DNA of 64,000 nucleotides from Candidatus Eiseniibacteriota bacterium (GTDB lineage Bacteria; Arandabacterota; Arandabacteria; Arandabacterales; Arandabacteraceae): NCBI GenBank assembly GCA_043810925.1, contig JBDRNT010000091.1, positions 18,800 to 82,799 of the forward strand, read 5' to 3'. Shown piece by piece: positions 29,742 to 38,196 of this stretch (position 1 is its first letter; each line of letters starts with the position of its first letter). The notes under the pieces were generated by a model. It saw only the letters and a program-made list of their open reading frames with translations, ran no database searches and was not told where the DNA came from. The position numbers and the translations under genes were made by a program.

Positions 29742-30771
29742 TTACGACCTCTGGAATCTCGGTGAGGAGTCTGTCGATGATATCTATGGTCGTGATGCCG
29801 TCGGCCTCGGCATTGAAGTTGGTGATTATACGGTGCCTGAGGACCGGCTTTGCGACCGCGCGAACATCTTCACAATCCGGGCTGTAGCGGCCCCTTAAGA
29901 TCGACCTCGTTTTTGCACCGAGGACAAGGTATTGCGACGCTCTCGGTCCGGCACCCCAGCTGACCCAGTCCTTGATAAACCCGGGGATATCACCATCACC
30001 CGGCCGTGTTGCCCGCGCAAGCCGCACGGCATAATCAACCACATGTCTCGGCACCGGTACGCGCCGGACAAGCTGCTGGAGCGCGATTATCTCCCCGGCA
30101 TCAAGAACTTGCTCAAGATCAGGCACATAAGCACTGGTCGTAGTCTCGACTATTTCGATCTCTTCGTCACTACTCGGATAGTCGACATATATGTTGAACA
30201 TGAACCGGTCGAGTTGTGCCTCCGGAAGGGGATATGTGCCTTCAAGCTCTATCGGGTTCTGGGTCGCAAGCACGAAGAAGGGCAGATCGAGCTGATAGGT
30301 TTCCCCACCGGCTGTAACCTGGCGCTCCTGCATCGCCTGGAGAAGCGCTGCCTGGGTCTTCGGGGGTGTTCTGTTTATCTCGTCGGCGAGTACGATATTC
30401 GCGAACACCGGCCCCTTGACAAAACGAAACTGCCTCCTGCCTGTGGTCTTATCCTCCTCGATGATATCGGTCCCGGTAATGTCCGCAGGCATAAGGTCAG
30501 GTGTGAACTGAACCCTGCTGAACTTAAGATCGAGGATTCGTGCGATCGTGCTCACCAGGAGCGTCTTTGCAAGACCCGGCACACCGACAAGCAGGCAGTG
30601 TCCGTCCGATAAAAGTGCGATCAGCATCTCCTCGATCACGCGGTCCTGCCCCACGATCACTTTCTTGACCTGGCCCAAGATCTTCTCGCGGGCGAGATTA
30701 AGATTCTCAACCGCCTCGATGTCTTTTGTCTCTTCCCTCACGCGCTCTCCTCCGGGATTGCTTTCCACCAC
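29734..30771 (-). CDS. moxR: MoxR-family AAA+ ATPase
   Basis: 345 aa; Walker A GVPGLAKT, MoxR box FSRVQFTPDLMPADITGT, Walker B LADEINRTPPKTQAALL. Confidence 0.9.
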   Translation of the reverse strand: MVESNPGGERVREETKDIEAVENLNLAREKILGQVKKVIVGQDRVIEEMLIALLSDGHCLLVGVPGLAKTLLVSTIARILDLKFSRVQFTPDLMPADITGTDIIEEDKTTGRRQFRFVKGPVFANIVLADEINRTPPKTQAALLQAMQERQVTAGGETYQLDLPFFVLATQNPIELEGTYPLPEAQLDRFMFNIYVDYPSSDEEIEIVETTTSAYVPDLEQVLDAGEIIALQQLVRRVPVPRHVVDYAVRLARATRPGDGDIPGFIKDWVSWGAGPRASQYLVLGAKTRSILRGRYSPDCEDVRAVAKPVLRHRIITNFNAEADGITTIDIIDRLLTEIPEVVSG

Positions 30772-30845
30772 GGTCCCCTTTCTACTCCATTATGCCTGAC
30801 GTTTCATCTGTGCGGACATGTCAGCCATTACAGGGAAATCGGCTT

Positions 30846-30995
30846 AAATGGTATGACTTTACACTCTCAAACTAACAACGACTCAAGCCCCATGTCAAAC
30901 GGTATGACAGTTACAAGGAATTCGGTGACAGTTTAGTAATTACCAGGAATTCTCAAACTGTCACCGAATTATCCTGTGACGACAGCCGGACAGTT
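30846..30995. promoter_or_regulatory. Upstream region of moxR operon: conserved ~55-bp block (shared with batA-like upstream) followed by GACAGTT repeat array including a perfect 14-bp inverted repeat
   Basis: 30846-30900 matches 22668-22720. TTCGGTGACAGTTT (30921-30934) and its exact reverse complement AAACTGTCACCGAA (30955-30968); further GACAGTT copies at 30906 and 30989. Reverse strand reads TTGACA-17/18nt-TAGTTT. Confidence 0.55.
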
Positions 30996-31059
30996 CCAGA
31001 CACCAGGAAGAGTGGTGCTGCCGTGACACCGATTGCCTGAGGGGGTTAACCTGTACCGC

Positions 31060-32067
31060 TCACTCGGAGCTGAAACCGGCTTTGATGTGGCTCCAGGTCG
31101 TGCTCTCTGCGGGAGGTATCCCGGCATTTTCCACGTTAATCTTATAGATATCGTAGTTGCCTGTACGGTTTGAGAAAAACGCGATCTGGCTGCCGTCCGG
31201 CGACCACGAAGGACCAAAATCCCAGTACAGGTCCGAAGTTATGCGAGTGGCCGCGCCGCCGGTGGCAGGAACCACCCAGATGTCTGATATTCCCGAGTGT
31301 ATCGATTCGAATGCGATATAGTTGCCACAAGGCGACCATGAGGGCATCTCATCGTTGGCCGGATCGTCGGTGACCTGAGTCGCAGGCCCGCCGGCCGCAG
31401 GCATCACCCAGATGTCCACATGACCGGCGTAATCAGCCCTGAATGCAATCTGGGTACCGTCGGGTGACCATACAGGATCGTTTTCATAGCCGGTGTGCGT
31501 AGTCAGCTGAGTTGCGGGCTCGCCTGTTACAGGGATCGACCAGAGATTAGCAGGGTGAAGGGGATCTTGACCGGGTGACCACAAGGCGTTGAATTCCCCG
31601 GTTCGATCGGCGGCAAAGACGAGCTTCGTACCATCCGGCGACCAGTCCGGCCGTTCGTCGTACCTCGGCCAGGTAGTGATTTGAGTAGCGCTTCCGCCTG
31701 TCGCGGGCATCACGAATAGATCACAGACAGGATACGCAGCAAGTCCGCTGTCAAGACTGCGATCGCTCTCGAAGGCGATCTGGCTGCCGTCCGGCGACCA
31801 TGAGGCTCTCGCGTCATAACTCGTATCGGCCGTGATCTGGCTGGCGGCCCCGCCAGAAGACGACATTGTGAACAAGTCCCAGTTCCCGGAGCGGTCCGAC
31901 TCGAAGACCAGTTGGCTGCCGTCGGGGGACCAGTCGGGATACCTGTCAGTTCCCGCGGAGTAGGTAAGCCGGACGGCACCGTCGTTCGCCAGCACCACGA
32001 CCTGAAAGACGGTGAGCAAACCGAGCAAAGCGATAATGACTATAAGGTAGCTTCGAGACAAGAACAT
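31060..32067 (-). CDS. TolB-like PD40 beta-propeller protein with N-terminal membrane anchor/signal and C-terminal TTWSHIKAGF tag
   Basis: 335 aa; repeated SPDGSQ(I/L)(A/V)FESDRSG PD40 repeats; hydrophobic N-terminus; last 15 aa ESTTWSHIKAGFSSE resemble the tags of the two Cys-rich proteins at 36175-37905. Confidence 0.7.
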   Translation of the reverse strand: MFLSRSYLIVIIALLGLLTVFQVVVLANDGAVRLTYSAGTDRYPDWSPDGSQLVFESDRSGNWDLFTMSSSGGAASQITADTSYDARASWSPDGSQIAFESDRSLDSGLAAYPVCDLFVMPATGGSATQITTWPRYDERPDWSPDGTKLVFAADRTGEFNALWSPGQDPLHPANLWSIPVTGEPATQLTTHTGYENDPVWSPDGTQIAFRADYAGHVDIWVMPAAGGPATQVTDDPANDEMPSWSPCGNYIAFESIHSGISDIWVVPATGGAATRITSDLYWDFGPSWSPDGSQIAFFSNRTGNYDIYKINVENAGIPPAESTTWSHIKAGFSSE

Positions 32068-32607
32068 GCTGCTTCCACCTCACCTATGGGTTATAGGCAT
32101 GACCGGCCACTAAGTCTCCGGCCCCTGCAGGAGAACACTCACGCGGGTGGAGCATATCACGGCGATCGACAAACGTCAAGATAATGTTTTCGCGTATGCC
32201 AGTGGGCCATTGCTTCATGCCAATGGTAATATTAGGCGGTATGGTACAGCGTTGTATGGACTATCAATCTTTGTACGAGCTCCGTGCCGGGCCGCAGGAC
32301 CGATAGTCGGTATTGGACCGGGCCTATCTCATAAGCCCGGAGTCAAACCAGCCGTCGACACCGGACCCAGTAGCTCACATGAAAGGAGGTCACCTCAGAA
32401 CAGAAGGTCATGTTTCCGGTACGTTGCTGCCCACCCGTCCGGAAGGCCGGAATCGAGTTTGCGTTGGGCTGCGAGTGGCCGACCCGCGGTTTCCATACAC
32501 GATGCGGCTCAGATTCCAATGCAGGCTGCCTTTGGGCTTGCCTAAAGCCCGGAATTGACTTATACTGCTTCAAGTCAGGGGGAGCCTCGGTCGATATATT
32601 AAACAAT

Positions 32608-34425
32608 ATGAACATCTTGGGAATTTCTGCATTCTATCACGACAGTGCCGCCTGCCTGGTCAGGGACGGCAAGATCATATGCGCCGCCCAGGAAGAGCGG
32701 TTCACCCGTAAGAAGCACGACTTCAACTTTCCCAGGAACGCGATTGATTACTGCCTGGACTATGCCGGGGTCAAGGGCAATGATCTCGACCTGGTGGCGT
32801 TCTATGACAAGCCATTCATGAAATTCGAGCGCATACTCGAGACGTACCTCGCCTTCGCCCCGCATGGGATGCCATCCTTTATCAAGGCAATACCACTGTG
32901 GATGAAGCAGAAACTCTGGATGAAGGACCTGATACGTAGTGAGCTCGGGTACAACGGGAAGATTGTGTTCCCGGAACACCATGAGTCGCATGCCGCATCG
33001 GCCTTTTTCGCCTCCCCCTTCAATGAAGCGGCGTTTCTGACGCTCGACGGGGTCGGAGAGTGGGCGACTGCCAGCTTCGGTGTCGGCAAGGGCAACAAGA
33101 TACAGATAAACGCCGAGATTCACTTCCCTCACTCCATCGGCCTTCTCTATTCGGCTTTTACCTATTACACGGGTTTCAAGGTCAATTCCGGTGAATACAA
33201 GGTGATGGGACTGGCACCCTATGGCAGGCCCGAGTACAAGGATCTGATCCTCAACGAGCTAATGGACCTCAAGGAGGACGGCTCGTTCAAGATGAATATG
33301 AAGTACTTCGACTACTGCGCCGGTCTGACAATGACCAGCAAGCATTTCCATAAACTCTTCGGGGGGCCTCCACGCCGGCCCGAATCCCAGCTGACCCAGC
33401 GTGACATGGATCTTGCCCGTTCCGTGCAGGAGGTAACGGAGGAGATCGTTATGCGTATGGCCAGACATGTGCACAAAGAGACCGGCCAGAAGTACCTGTG
33501 CCTGGCAGGCGGCGTGGCGCTTAACTGTGTCGGGAACGGGAAGATCCTGCGTGATGGACCCTTCGACGACATCTGGATACAGCCTGCGGCCGGTGATGCG
33601 GGAGGGGCGCTGGGAGCAGCTCTTTTCACCTGGTACCAGTACCTCGAGAACAAGCGGGTCGCTGATGACAGAAACGACTTCCAGCAGGGATCGTACCTCG
33701 GACCGCAGTTTGGCGATAGGGACATCTCAAAATACCTCAAGCAGAGCGATATCCCCTTCAAGGTGCTCAAAGAGGAGGAGATCCCGGAGACGGTAGCCGA
33801 TCTCATAGCCGATCAGAAGGTGGTCGGGTGGTTCCAGGGCCGGCTTGAATTCGGGCCGAGGGCACTGGGCGGCAGATCGATTCTCGGTGATGCCCGTTCT
33901 CCCAAGATGCAGGAGACGATCAATCTGAAGATCAAATTCAGGGAGAGTTTCCGGCCGTTCGCACCTACGGTTCTGGTGGAGGACGTGTCGGAGTACTTCG
34001 AAATAGACAGGGGCAGCCCCTATATGCTGCTGGTTGCACCAGTCAAACAGGAAATCCGGATACAGATGACGGAAGACGAAGAGGGCCGGTTCGGGCTGGA
34101 TAAGTTGCATGTGGTCCGGTCCAGTATACCCGCCGTCACCCACGTCGACTACTCTGCCAGGCTCCAGACCGTCGACAAGAAGGACAACCCGCTTTATCAC
34201 CAGATGATTTCGAAGTTTAAAGAGAAATACGGATGTCCGGTAATCATCAATACGTCCTTTAATGTAAGGGGTGAGCCTATCGTGTGCACCCCGCATGATG
34301 CCTATATGTGCTTCATGCGCACCAAAATGGACTACCTGGTGATGGGCAATTACCTCGTCGATAAGACGGAGCAGAAGCCCCTGGATAAGGACATAGACTG
34401 GCTCAAGGAATTCGAGTTGGATTAG
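32608..34425 (+). CDS. NodU/CmcH-family carbamoyltransferase (SxtI-like)
   Basis: ORF 32410..34425; conserved family start MNILGISAFYHDSAA at 32608; YrdC/Kae1-like N-domain and C-terminal carbamoyltransferase domain. Confidence 0.85.
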   Translation: MNILGISAFYHDSAACLVRDGKIICAAQEERFTRKKHDFNFPRNAIDYCLDYAGVKGNDLDLVAFYDKPFMKFERILETYLAFAPHGMPSFIKAIPLWMKQKLWMKDLIRSELGYNGKIVFPEHHESHAASAFFASPFNEAAFLTLDGVGEWATASFGVGKGNKIQINAEIHFPHSIGLLYSAFTYYTGFKVNSGEYKVMGLAPYGRPEYKDLILNELMDLKEDGSFKMNMKYFDYCAGLTMTSKHFHKLFGGPPRRPESQLTQRDMDLARSVQEVTEEIVMRMARHVHKETGQKYLCLAGGVALNCVGNGKILRDGPFDDIWIQPAAGDAGGALGAALFTWYQYLENKRVADDRNDFQQGSYLGPQFGDRDISKYLKQSDIPFKVLKEEEIPETVADLIADQKVVGWFQGRLEFGPRALGGRSILGDARSPKMQETINLKIKFRESFRPFAPTVLVEDVSEYFEIDRGSPYMLLVAPVKQEIRIQMTEDEEGRFGLDKLHVVRSSIPAVTHVDYSARLQTVDKKDNPLYHQMISKFKEKYGCPVIINTSFNVRGEPIVCTPHDAYMCFMRTKMDYLVMGNYLVDKTEQKPLDKDIDWLKEFELD

Positions 34426-34434
34426 GAGAGGATC

Positions 34435-34851
34435 ATGGCGAAGGACAATGCGGTTGCCCGGAGAAAGCAGCATCGAAAGCTCCGCAATTTCGGTCTGACG
34501 GTCGGGATAGCATTCGGTGTACTGGCCGGTCTGCTCTTCTGGCGTGATAAGGCCCATTACGTATATTTCGCTGCGATCTCTGTGGCATTCCTGGGGCTCG
34601 GCCTGCTGGTCCCCGCCGTTCTCAAACCTGTCGAAAAGGCTTGGATGACGGCCGCGCGTGCAATGGGATGGTTCATGACCAGGGTTATCCTGACCATCCT
34701 GTTCTTCGCGATGTTTACACCGATGGGGTTTATCGCCAGGCTGTTCGGCAAGGACTTTATCGGTCTCAAGATGGATGAATCGGCAAAGAGCTATTGGATA
34801 TACCGAGAGGCAAGAGACCTGGTGAAGGAAGACTATGAGAAACAGTTCTAA
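34435..34851 (+). CDS. SxtJ-like small membrane protein
   Basis: 138 aa, 2-3 TM; follows the carbamoyltransferase by 9 nt, as SxtJ follows SxtI homologs. Confidence 0.45.
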   Translation: MAKDNAVARRKQHRKLRNFGLTVGIAFGVLAGLLFWRDKAHYVYFAAISVAFLGLGLLVPAVLKPVEKAWMTAARAMGWFMTRVILTILFFAMFTPMGFIARLFGKDFIGLKMDESAKSYWIYREARDLVKEDYEKQF

Positions 34852-34922
34852 GACCAGGACCTGGGTGGTCGCTATCACGCCGGTAAGACCACTTCCATCT
34901 CGGTCGCCGGAGGTATAGTCGG

Positions 34923-35081
34923 ATGGGCAAGATCAGTATCGTGAGGGAGTTCTTCGACTTTCTCAGATCACGTAAGAAATGGTGGCTGACGCCGATCGTC
35001 ATCGTCTTGATCCTGCTCGGCGCCCTGATAGTCTTCACAGAAGGCTCGGCGCTGGCACCGTTCATTTACGCGCTGTTCTAG
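34923..35081 (+). CDS. DUF5989/SxtK-like small membrane protein (52 aa, below ORF-track cutoff)
   Basis: Read directly from sequence: MGKISIVREFFDFLRSRKKWWLTPIVIVLILLGALIVFTEGSALAPFIYALF. GGAGGT SD 9 nt upstream; pattern (FLRxRKKWWL...APFIYxLF) typical of the small ORF following SxtJ-like genes. Confidence 0.55.
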   Translation: MGKISIVREFFDFLRSRKKWWLTPIVIVLILLGALIVFTEGSALAPFIYALF

Positions 35082-35099
35082 ATTGGCCTGGTTGCGCAG

Positions 35100-36068
35100 A
35101 TGAAACAGATCCTTAAGAACATCACTCTCAGCCTCGTTGTTCTCATAATCATCTTTGCGATCTTCGAGATCGCTTTCCGGTTGATTGCCGGTTCCCCCAT
35201 CCAGACTCGAGGCCAGCACATCGCCGAAAGACGAGAAGGGGATATGAAGTATGCGCTTGAGGCAAACATCGACCGGGAATACGCCGGGGCGAGAGTTGTA
35301 ACCAACTCCCTGGGCCTCCGCGACTTCCGCCCCCCCCACAAAAGTGACGGCACTGAGCAGATCCTTATCCTCGGTGACTCGTTCACATTCGGCTACGGCG
35401 TTGCCCTTGAGCAGTCCTACCCGGGTGCCCTGGAACAGCTGCTGAACGAAGCAAGCACCACTTCAGAATATGAGGTCATAAATGCGGGGGTCCCGGGCTA
35501 CGACACGGTAGATGAGCTCGAGCTCCTGAAGACCATCATCGAGCATTACTCCCCGAAGTGGATCGTGGTCGGCTTACATCCCGGTGACTTCCTCAGCCGG
35601 GAAGAGGTCGAGAAGCGGCCCATGATACGTTTGAGGGAGGCACTCCGTTACAACAGCGCCTTTTTTGCCTGGTTCATGCGTTTCTACAAGACACAGCTCA
35701 TAAAATACGTCCCGCCACCGAAGAGCATGTTATCTGTCGATCCGGGCAAGGTCCTGAATTCACCTGCGGCAACGAGGAACAAGGAAGCCTTGAAAGAAAT
35801 ACGTGCCATCGCTGAGGCCAGCGGGGCGGAAACGGCTGTTTTCATGATAGCGCCGTTGATCAGCTGGCAGAGATACCCGTATAAATCAATGCATACCGGT
35901 CTCGCGGAATTCTGTGAGGCGAACCAGATCCACTTCGTGGATCCCCTTGACGATCTTTCGAAGCATGAACCCGCCGACCTGTGGGTTGGACCCAACGACA
36001 GCCATTATAATCCCCAGGCCAACCGCATAGCTGCAGAAGTGCTCCGGCGATTTTTAAAGAGCATGTAG
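35100..36068 (+). CDS. SGNH/GDSL-like hydrolase family membrane-anchored protein
   Basis: 322 aa; N-terminal TM; GDS-like block ILILGDSFTFGYGV, later DxxH-type block (GPNDSHYNP). Confidence 0.6.
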   Translation: MKQILKNITLSLVVLIIIFAIFEIAFRLIAGSPIQTRGQHIAERREGDMKYALEANIDREYAGARVVTNSLGLRDFRPPHKSDGTEQILILGDSFTFGYGVALEQSYPGALEQLLNEASTTSEYEVINAGVPGYDTVDELELLKTIIEHYSPKWIVVGLHPGDFLSREEVEKRPMIRLREALRYNSAFFAWFMRFYKTQLIKYVPPPKSMLSVDPGKVLNSPAATRNKEALKEIRAIAEASGAETAVFMIAPLISWQRYPYKSMHTGLAEFCEANQIHFVDPLDDLSKHEPADLWVGPNDSHYNPQANRIAAEVLRRFLKSM

Positions 36069-36174
36069 AGCGCGCCTTGCATTAACCGATGGAGCTGCCA
36101 TTTCCGTATTCGAGCTTGAAGAGGCATCGCTCTTATGGTAAGATAAGGAAGTTGCGAGCAAGGAGGTGGTCTTC

Positions 36175-37056
36175 ATGCGTACCTTGAGGATGATCACCCT
36201 CTGGGTGGTCCTCATCTGTGTCCCTGTGGGAACCATATTGGCCCAGCGTGCTTTCCAGCTCAAAGAGGACTATGAGCTGGACCCGCTTTCTGACTGTGCC
36301 CTGCAGTACTATTATTACATCCCATGTCCTACATATTCATGGTTCTGGTCTTACTACTACTGGGACATCGGCGATGTGGCCGGTTCCTGGTTTGACATCG
36401 GGGATCTGTCCACCGGTGGGTTCGGGGCATGTGATCCGACCGACTGCCACACTCTGGACCAGATACGTATACTGAACAGTGGTGTAGTCTGCCAGGGACC
36501 TTTCGGCCAATCGTATCCCGGGGCATACGTGCATTTCGAAGTCCATTGCGCGGACGAGATCGGCCGGCCGGTTGGTCCGACCCTCTGGCGCAGTAATACG
36601 ATGCTCCTTGATACCTATGGATGGAACTACATCGACGTAGACCCGCCGATCAGTATCTGTGGCTGTGCCATCGACCCCGGTCCCCCGGCGTCGACTCCAA
36701 GGATACTTGTGACCATCGCAGTGCACCCGGGGACCGCGCCCTGGTGTATGGAGCTGGGTGCGGACAACATAAGCGATGCAATCGGGGAGGGATGCGATAT
36801 GCATGACGATGGTTGTCTCCCTGCCCTGTATCCGCGACCGCATGTCGGCTATTATCCGACTATGCACTCGGCCTTCTACCGCCAGATGGGTACAGTCTAC
36901 GACCCTCCGAAGCTGATCAGGGATCGAAATGACACCACACCCGATAGAACACAGTATGGTTATGTCGAGCTGGCATGGCGGATCTATCTGACGTGCTCTG
37001 GGCCATCCGAGAGGTACTCGACAACCTGGGGTGGGGTCAAGTCGCTCTACCGATAG
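36175..37056 (+). CDS. Cys-rich secreted protein (paralog 1) with C-terminal TTWGGVKSLYR tag
   Basis: ORF 36166..37056; ATG at 36175 with AAGGAGGTG SD; signal peptide; 16+ Cys; shares blocks with 37066-37905 (CxLxY[YF]Y, GxPxGPxL, YPRP/YPRL, GY[VL]E..W). Confidence 0.7.
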   Translation: MRTLRMITLWVVLICVPVGTILAQRAFQLKEDYELDPLSDCALQYYYYIPCPTYSWFWSYYYWDIGDVAGSWFDIGDLSTGGFGACDPTDCHTLDQIRILNSGVVCQGPFGQSYPGAYVHFEVHCADEIGRPVGPTLWRSNTMLLDTYGWNYIDVDPPISICGCAIDPGPPASTPRILVTIAVHPGTAPWCMELGADNISDAIGEGCDMHDDGCLPALYPRPHVGYYPTMHSAFYRQMGTVYDPPKLIRDRNDTTPDRTQYGYVELAWRIYLTCSGPSERYSTTWGGVKSLYR

Positions 37057-37065
37057 GCCTGCTGC

Positions 37066-37905
37066 TCACCGGTAGAGAGCCTTGATGGTGCTCCAGGTGG
37101 TAGGTTCCGTCGCCGCGCTCTGAGTACAGAAGCCGCATGTCCACAGAGCCTCAAGGTAGCCGAAGCTCATGCAACCACAGAGGTCACAGAACGAATCCTG
37201 CTTACTCCAGGCCCACTCGGTGCCATAGTCGTAGGTATGAGTCGCCAGTCTGGGATAGACGTACGGGGTGGTCCCCATTTCACAGCAGAATGCATTTACG
37301 GCGCAGCTGTCGACACAGGTGCATACATCATCCAGAACCAACGAGGGATGGCCGGTAGGGTTCTTCCAGGTTACGAGCACGACGAAAGCTCCATTACAAC
37401 CCGAAAGGTCAAGACCCGGCCCCTGCCCATTGTTGGTGAAGTCGATTCCCGTCACGGTAACGCGTGCGGTATCTACGAAGAACGGGTCAAAGTCCCGGTT
37501 ACCCAGCAGCGGTCCAGTCGGTTCGCCGGATGTATCGGCTCCATAGATCTTAACATTGAGCCCCTGCTCTGCCGGTGGCGCGAGCACATCGTAGAAGACC
37601 AGATCGATGATGTCCATGGTCATACAGGCCGCCGTATCACAAGGATCGCGCCATGCCACCGTATCTACCATATTGAAGTGCACCCCAAAGCTCGCGGCTT
37701 CCTCAATAGCCTCAACAACAGTGACGTACCCACAGCCATTTATAAGATAGAAGTAGCTCAATTCACAGCTGGGAAGGAGATTCCGGCCCAAATCTCCAAT
37801 TTCCTTAATATCACTCGGCGTGAGCGGGATTGTCCTCATTGTGGATGCGAGCCCGGACCCTACAATCAGGACTATTGAAATACCAAGGACAAGTCCTGTT
37901 TTCAT
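37066..37905 (-). CDS. Cys-rich secreted protein (paralog 2) with C-terminal TTWSTIKALYR tag
   Basis: 279 aa; signal peptide; ~20 Cys; convergent with, and homologous to, 36175-37056. Confidence 0.7.
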   Translation of the reverse strand: MKTGLVLGISIVLIVGSGLASTMRTIPLTPSDIKEIGDLGRNLLPSCELSYFYLINGCGYVTVVEAIEEAASFGVHFNMVDTVAWRDPCDTAACMTMDIIDLVFYDVLAPPAEQGLNVKIYGADTSGEPTGPLLGNRDFDPFFVDTARVTVTGIDFTNNGQGPGLDLSGCNGAFVVLVTWKNPTGHPSLVLDDVCTCVDSCAVNAFCCEMGTTPYVYPRLATHTYDYGTEWAWSKQDSFCDLCGCMSFGYLEALWTCGFCTQSAATEPTTWSTIKALYR

Positions 37906-38196
37906 GTCTGGAACTCCTTACTTACCGTCGCTGAAGGCGAGTGTAAAAGTACATCCGGGCGGTTGTCAAGCTGATTCCGAAACCCTCTTGTTCCGGGCCT
38001 TCTGCCCCAACCCACACATATACCGAATCCTGTGGAAAACTCCTCTTGCAGTGGTTTCAATATTGTGCATAACTCCTTGATCTCACGTCGGTTGGCGCCA
38101 TATCCACATAGGAGGCCACTTTATCCACAATTCCACACCTCAGATGCCCCCGGGCGTGCTTCGGACCTGGGGTACCCGCTCGGAGAGTGCGCGAGG

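Noticed and set aside
22668..30995. Shared 53-bp blocks interpreted as MITE/IS remnants
   Set aside because: No terminal inverted repeats or target-site duplications around the blocks. Both copies sit at equivalent promoter-proximal positions of functionally related (Bat/MoxR) genes, so a regulatory element is more parsimonious. Cannot fully exclude without genome-wide copy count.
32068..32607. tRNA or riboswitch in the long intergenic region
   Set aside because: No GTTCGAATC-type T-loop/cloverleaf pattern and no riboswitch consensus I can recognise by eye; left as unexplained non-coding DNA
33727..34878. 383-aa ORF on - strand
   Set aside because: Antisense to the carbamoyltransferase and SxtJ-like genes; no recognisable motifs; shadow ORF
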